DNA from: a phage
Assembly: GCA_024975835.1 (NCBI GenBank)
Contig: GCA_024975835.1_4840.3
DNA length: 18,253 bases
Reading direction: 5' to 3' (one strand)
The first letter of the stretch is position 1, and each line of letters opens with the position of its first letter. A model generated the notes under the pieces. It was not told the DNA's origin, did no database searches, and saw nothing but the letters and a program-made list of their open reading frames with translations. The position numbers and the translations under genes are program-made. This document shows positions 15,681 through 18,253 of this stretch, one piece after another.

Positions 15681-15706
15681 AGCCCAGTCAAGTACTGGGC
15701 TTTTTA
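15681..15706 (+). terminator. Rho-independent terminator: stem AGCCCAGT / ACTGGGCT, loop CAAGT, then TTTTT
   Basis: Read directly, 19 nt after the stop of gene 15348..15662. Confidence 0.75.
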
Positions 15707-15789
15707 ACTTCAATAACTTTACTTTCAAGAAATAATCGCCTAATATTTAATCTGTATTGAAGAGTTACAACTACATCATGAGGCTGGAA

Positions 15790-16983
15790 ATGAACGTCAA
15801 AACATTCAATATTCCGATCGACAATGAAGGGTTGGTAGTTGAGCGACTGAAGAAGCTCGAGCGCACTGCCGAAAGGTTGGGTGTTCCGTTTCCGACTGTG
15901 ACTTATGGTGAACCCTTCAAAACCCACACCCGCGACTTCACTGGTGAGATCCTTACTCACTGGTGGAAACCTGTTACTCTCGAAGGCGAAGGCATTGACC
16001 GCCCCGTCTCTTATGGTGGCTGGAAGATCATCGGTCAGTTCAATCACGAATATCCAAAGGTTATTCTTAACCGCCTGTCCGACAACATCAATCCCGACTT
16101 CATCCGTCGCTTCGAGGCAGAGAACGTCTCTTGGTGTCAGCATTGCAATCTAGTCATCCGTCGCAAGAACACGTATGTGATTGAAAATGAGGAAACGCAT
16201 ACCCAGATGCTGATTGGTAGCACCTGTATGCATCATTATGTGCCTCATCAGAAGTCCCTTGACGCGATTATGTCTTACTATCTGGAAATCCAAGAGTTCT
16301 TCATGCCAGACGAGGACGACCCAGAGGGTATATATCGCGTCCAAAATGAGCGCTTCGTCGACACCCACAGTTTCCTGCGCGCATGCTTCCAGGTGATGCT
16401 AGCAGGCGTGGATATCAAGTCTGAACTGTTTGACAAAGTACTGGGCTATGTCCGGTCTCATCAGAAACCAAAAGCAGGTTCCGATGAAGAGTATTTCGTA
16501 AACAAGGCACACGAATACCGTGAAGATGCCGAGTCGGAAATGTACCATATGAAGCTCTTCATCAGTGCGCTGTCCGAATCCAATGAGTTCAATGTCCGCC
16601 TGAAACGCATGTGTGAACCCGGCTATCACCTCATCAAGGATAACAACACAGTCCGCTGGGGTGCCAAGAAGTATTACGATTACATCCATCGTCCTCGTAC
16701 TGACCGCAAGGCGGAGAACAAATGGGTGGGCGAAGTCGGTGAAATGCTGGAAGTGCAAGTCAGATTCGACAAGCGCACCTTCCTCTTCTCCAATGAATAT
16801 GGTGATAGCTACCTGTTTACTTTCAAAACAGCAGAAGGTAATACAATTACCTGGAAGACCTCTTATATGGATACAGAGTTCTTGCAGGGTGATATGATCA
16901 TCCGTGGTCGTGTCAAAGAACTGACTGAGTACAACGGCGTTAAACAAACTCAGGTCACCAGAGCCAAATTGAGGAAGTTATGA
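15790..16983 (+). CDS. Hypothetical protein (about 397 aa) with a central Cys/His cluster (WCQHCNLV ... STCMHHY) and a beta-rich C-terminal region; function unknown
   Basis: Long ORF; start set at ATG 15790 (GAGG 6 nt upstream); in-frame ATG 15778 and the track's TTG 15757 are alternatives; no catalytic motif confidently recognised. Confidence 0.6.
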   Translation: MNVKTFNIPIDNEGLVVERLKKLERTAERLGVPFPTVTYGEPFKTHTRDFTGEILTHWWKPVTLEGEGIDRPVSYGGWKIIGQFNHEYPKVILNRLSDNINPDFIRRFEAENVSWCQHCNLVIRRKNTYVIENEETHTQMLIGSTCMHHYVPHQKSLDAIMSYYLEIQEFFMPDEDDPEGIYRVQNERFVDTHSFLRACFQVMLAGVDIKSELFDKVLGYVRSHQKPKAGSDEEYFVNKAHEYREDAESEMYHMKLFISALSESNEFNVRLKRMCEPGYHLIKDNNTVRWGAKKYYDYIHRPRTDRKAENKWVGEVGEMLEVQVRFDKRTFLFSNEYGDSYLFTFKTAEGNTITWKTSYMDTEFLQGDMIIRGRVKELTEYNGVKQTQVTRAKLRKL

Positions 16984-17093
16984 ATTTGATTGAGTTTGTC
17001 CTGAAGTCGTTCGCCTTTGGTCTGATAGCATGTGGGATGATTACAGCTATGCTTCTCATCATAGCCCTGGTCGTCCCCTTTAAGAGGAAATAG
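16980..17093 (+). CDS. Small hydrophobic single-pass membrane peptide (37 aa), not in the supplied track
   Basis: Hand translation gives MNLIEFVLKSFAFGLIACGMITAMLLIIALVVPFKRK; ATG overlaps the upstream stop as ATGA; stop lies 2 nt before the next gene's ATG. Confidence 0.35.
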   Translation: MNLIEFVLKSFAFGLIACGMITAMLLIIALVVPFKRK

Positions 17094-17095
17094 AG

Positions 17096-17296
17096 ATGAA
17101 ACGTGAAATCATGGATGTGTACGAGCCAGGATCTTGTTGTCCTGGCCATGACAAGTATCCATCCGATACTTACAAGAATCGACGTTCCAAAGCGCAACGC
17201 TCCAAGAGCATTAAGAAGGAGCATCGCCACGCTCGTCGTGTCAAGCGTCTGGGGCTGAAATCTGACCTGAATACCATTACGCGGGAGGACTTTTGA
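17096..17296 (+). CDS. Small, highly basic protein (66 aa) with a GSCCPGH motif
   Basis: ORF with AAGAGGA 7 nt upstream of the ATG; Lys/Arg-rich; stop overlaps the next start as TGATG. Confidence 0.5.
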   Translation: MKREIMDVYEPGSCCPGHDKYPSDTYKNRRSKAQRSKSIKKEHRHARRVKRLGLKSDLNTITREDF

Positions 17297-17508
17297 TGGA
17301 ATGTTCATGCGGAGGGCAGGGCACAAGTGCCTACATGCCATTCACCACTGTGAAGGAAGCCGAAGCCGCTGGATTTGCCGTGGACAAGGCTCCCTGTGTA
17401 ATCGCCACGAAGGATTGCCCGTGCTGTAAGAGGCACTCTCAGGACGTCTTCTACGCCCCTGATGCGCGTCCGGCTACGGTCAATCTGCTCTCACTGATGA
17501 GGAAGTGA
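17296..17508 (+). CDS. Small cysteine-rich protein (70 aa; CSCG ... CPCC), probable metal-binding
   Basis: ORF with GGGAGG 7 nt upstream of ATG 17296; six Cys residues in clustered motifs. Confidence 0.5.
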   Translation: MECSCGGQGTSAYMPFTTVKEAEAAGFAVDKAPCVIATKDCPCCKRHSQDVFYAPDARPATVNLLSLMRK

Positions 17509-17589
17509 CATGCGCAAGTATTTCAACTGGTTGTTCTGTATACCGTCGCTGAGTGCTGAGATTCGTTCCCTGATAATATATTGAAGTCT

Positions 17590-17622
17590 CCAGGGTTATA
17601 ATAGCAGCACATATAACCCTGG
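17590..17622 (+). promoter_or_regulatory. Hairpin with 11-bp perfect stem CCAGGGTTATA / TATAACCCTGG and 11-nt loop; contains TATAAT (17597-17602) and its 3' arm overlaps the ligase ribosome-binding site
   Basis: Read directly; no T-tract follows, so it is not a terminator; shares the 12-mer TATAATAGCAGC with the element at 8724-8735. Confidence 0.4.
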
Positions 17623-17631
17623 AGGCACCAC

Positions 17632-18253
17632 ATGATCCCTATCCTTGAAATAGTCCACCGACTTCGCGAAACCAAAGGCAGCAATGCGAAGAAAGCCGTG
17701 CTGACCGAAGCATTCAAGAACAACCCAGACTTGGCAGACTTCCTGCAGTATGTCTATGACCCAATGACGTCGTTCTATCGGACTGAGTTGAAGCTCAGCG
17801 CGTATCCTCGCATGCTCGTCCGTGAGAAGACTGATGACATCAGCGAAGTCTATGACGTCCTCGACCAGATGGCGCAGCGTCTTGTCGGTGGCCAAAAGGC
17901 TGATGCCCTGTTGGCCTCTGTCGCCCTGAAGATGGATCCCCAATACCACGAACTCATTCAGATGATCCTAGACCGTGATATCAAGGCGGGTATCGCTGAG
18001 AAGGGCATCAACGCTGCATTCAACGCCGCCGGAGGCACTGGACGCCTGATCAACATTCTTCCGTATCATCGTTATGACAACATGACGATTGACCTGCTGA
18101 AGAAGATGGACTTCAAGCGCGGCGTCTACAGCCAGCTGAAGTCAGACGGTATGTTCGCCAACATCATATGTCGGTACAATAAAGAGCCTGAGATTCGCTC
18201 TCGCTCCGGTTCCCTTATCGCAGGTGGTTCGGTTGATAACCTTTCACTGGTGT
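17632..18253 (+). CDS. 30: ATP-dependent DNA ligase, T4 gp30-like; 5' partial, continues beyond the window
   Basis: Hand translation has no stop to the window edge; contains the adenylation motif QLKSDG (T4 ligase QLKADG with active-site Lys); GGAGG 6 nt upstream of the ATG. Confidence 0.8.
   Translation, partial: MIPILEIVHRLRETKGSNAKKAVLTEAFKNNPDLADFLQYVYDPMTSFYRTELKLSAYPRMLVREKTDDISEVYDVLDQMAQRLVGGQKADALLASVALKMDPQYHELIQMILDRDIKAGIAEKGINAAFNAAGGTGRLINILPYHRYDNMTIDLLKKMDFKRGVYSQLKSDGMFANIICRYNKEPEIRSRSGSLIAGGSVDNLSLV

Noticed and set aside
15715-15750. Possible weak promoter (TTTACT, 17 nt, TAATAT) upstream of the 397-aa gene
   Set aside because: Only 4 of 6 matches in each hexamer; not distinguishable from background in an AT-rich spacer.
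15790-16983. Calling the 397-aa protein a gene-61-type primase because of its position after gene 41 and its EGEGID and Cys cluster
   Set aside because: The order of motifs (acidic motif before the Cys cluster) and the absence of an N-terminal zinc ribbon do not fit primase architecture; kept as unknown.
1-18253. CRISPR arrays, transposases, integrases, homing endonucleases
   Set aside because: No regularly spaced direct repeats, and no ORF with recognisable transposase, integrase, GIY-YIG or HNH motifs was seen.

Overview
This window reads as a densely packed piece of a T4-like (T4-superfamily) double-stranded DNA phage genome, not a bacterial chromosome. Recognisable core genes are the gp32 single-stranded DNA-binding protein (3807-4817), a nucleotide-metabolism cluster (P-loop kinase, thymidylate-synthase-fold hydroxymethylase, gp1-like dNMP kinase, gp56-like dNTP pyrophosphatase; 8760-11582) translationally coupled into the conserved uvsX - gene 40 position - gene 41 helicase block (12109-14932), the 5' part of an ATP-dependent DNA ligase running off the right edge (17632-18253), and a convergent minus-strand tail-tube/baseplate-tube family gene with a TATAAATA late-promoter motif (4845-5789). 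Around these are many small or unassignable phage ORFs, three good rho-independent terminators plus one more distant candidate, one sigma70/T4-early-like promoter, and several hairpins that carry a TATAAT hexamer about 30 nt upstream of start codons. No rRNA, tRNA, CRISPR array, transposase or integrase was seen. The most interesting signals are the clustered base-substitution module with an unusually long TS-fold enzyme and an extra P-loop kinase (a candidate non-canonical or hypermodified pyrimidine pathway), an unassignable gene block between the helicase and the ligase where T4 would carry its primase region, an insulated single-gene early transcription unit, and a 14-bp perfect inverted repeat abutting the start of a RuvC-like gene. 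All family assignments are from motif recognition by eye and known T4 protein sequences recalled from memory; no database search was run.
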